Source of the DNA: Octopus sinensis
Lineage: Eukaryota
Direction: 5' to 3'
NCBI RefSeq assembly: GCF_006345805.1
Contig: NC_043007.1
Span: forward strand, 5,022,001-5,086,000
Length of the DNA: 64,000 bases
The notes beneath the pieces were generated by a model, which did no database searches, was not told the DNA's origin, and saw nothing but the letters and a program-made list of their open reading frames with translations. This document shows positions 63,101 through 64,000 of the stretch, in pieces. The translations under genes and the position numbers were made by a program. Position 1 is the first letter of the stretch, and each line of letters opens with the position of its first letter.

Positions 63101-64000
63101 TTGGGTGTATCTTCTGTTGGCCCCAGGCTTGCAGTTGTTGCTGATGCTGTTACAGGAGCCGTCATTGGTGCTGTTATTAGGGGTCTGGTGATATTGCTGT
63201 CGATGATGTCATTGCAGAAGTAATCCCTGGCTGTAGTCCTGGTGTTGTGACTGCCATCTCTGCTAATACTGGGTGTGGGACTGGTATTTTTGCTTGTGCT
63301 GCTGCTGCTGGTATGGACATCATCTCTGGTCATAGCACTGGTGTTGGTGCTGCGGCTGTTGCCATCGGGGCTGGTGCTTCTACTTGTGCTGTTTGTTTGT
63401 TTGTTGAGTGAAGCAGTCTTCGTCCCAGTGGGAGAAGTCCGAAACATGGTCCTTTGCTATTCATAAGACCCGCAGAAGAGAAAGCAGGTCAACCCCCGAC
63501 ACCATCGACGGATGGATGAATGCGCATCCAGGCTCAGTGGTTGCGTAGGAAGTGAGGGACAGGAAACAGGAAGAAAGAGTGAGAGAAAGCTGGAGCGAAA
63601 GAGTACAACAGGGGTCACCACCACCCCTGCCGGAGCCTCGTGGAGCTTTAGGTGTTTTCGCTCAATAAACACACAGAACGCCTGGTCTGGGAATCGAAAC
63701 CTCAATCCTCCGACTGGGCGTCCGCTGCCCTAACCACTGGGCCATTGCACCTCCTGTTGTTGCTGCTGCTGCTCGCCTACCACGACCACCACCAATATTG
63801 TCACCATAACTGTACACCTGCTTTTCCATACTGGCATGGATCGGATGGGTTATTACAGTTCCTGTCCATCCTGAATGGGCATTACTGCTCACAGAAACAA
63901 ATTGAATTGGGGACCATTTGGGTGTTACATTTTGGCACAGTTTCTGCAAGTGGAAGTCTTTCCTATTGCCATCCACTTTACAGAGTGTAAATGGTACATT

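Noticed and set aside
62905-63447. 180-aa Ser/Thr-rich mucin-like gene
   Set aside because: Starts inside a SINE tail and ends in a frameshifted GIY-YIG relic

Overview
AT-rich, repeat-dense animal DNA; the SINE/RTE repertoire suggests an octopus (inference). I assembled by hand a complete 13-coding-exon minus-strand equilibrative nucleoside transporter gene (SLC29/ENT, CDS 29989->630, 429 aa, all introns GT-AG and phase-consistent) with an ENT3-type N-terminal acidic dileucine motif. The window also holds the last coding exon of a GRAMD4-like gene (60661->60410) and a possible small unannotated minus-strand gene (~54.7->45.3 kb). The rest is mostly transposon relics: RTE, CR1 and R4/Dong-type LINEs, several tRNA-derived SINE families, Tc1/mariner elements, Helitrons, a solo LTR and microsatellites. 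The most notable hidden pattern is a set of hammerhead-ribozyme-like motifs carried by two decayed Penelope-like elements, by several unrelated small fold-back retroposons and by a tRNA-headed SINE. Everything was read by eye; no alignment or folding was run, and repeat boundaries are approximate.
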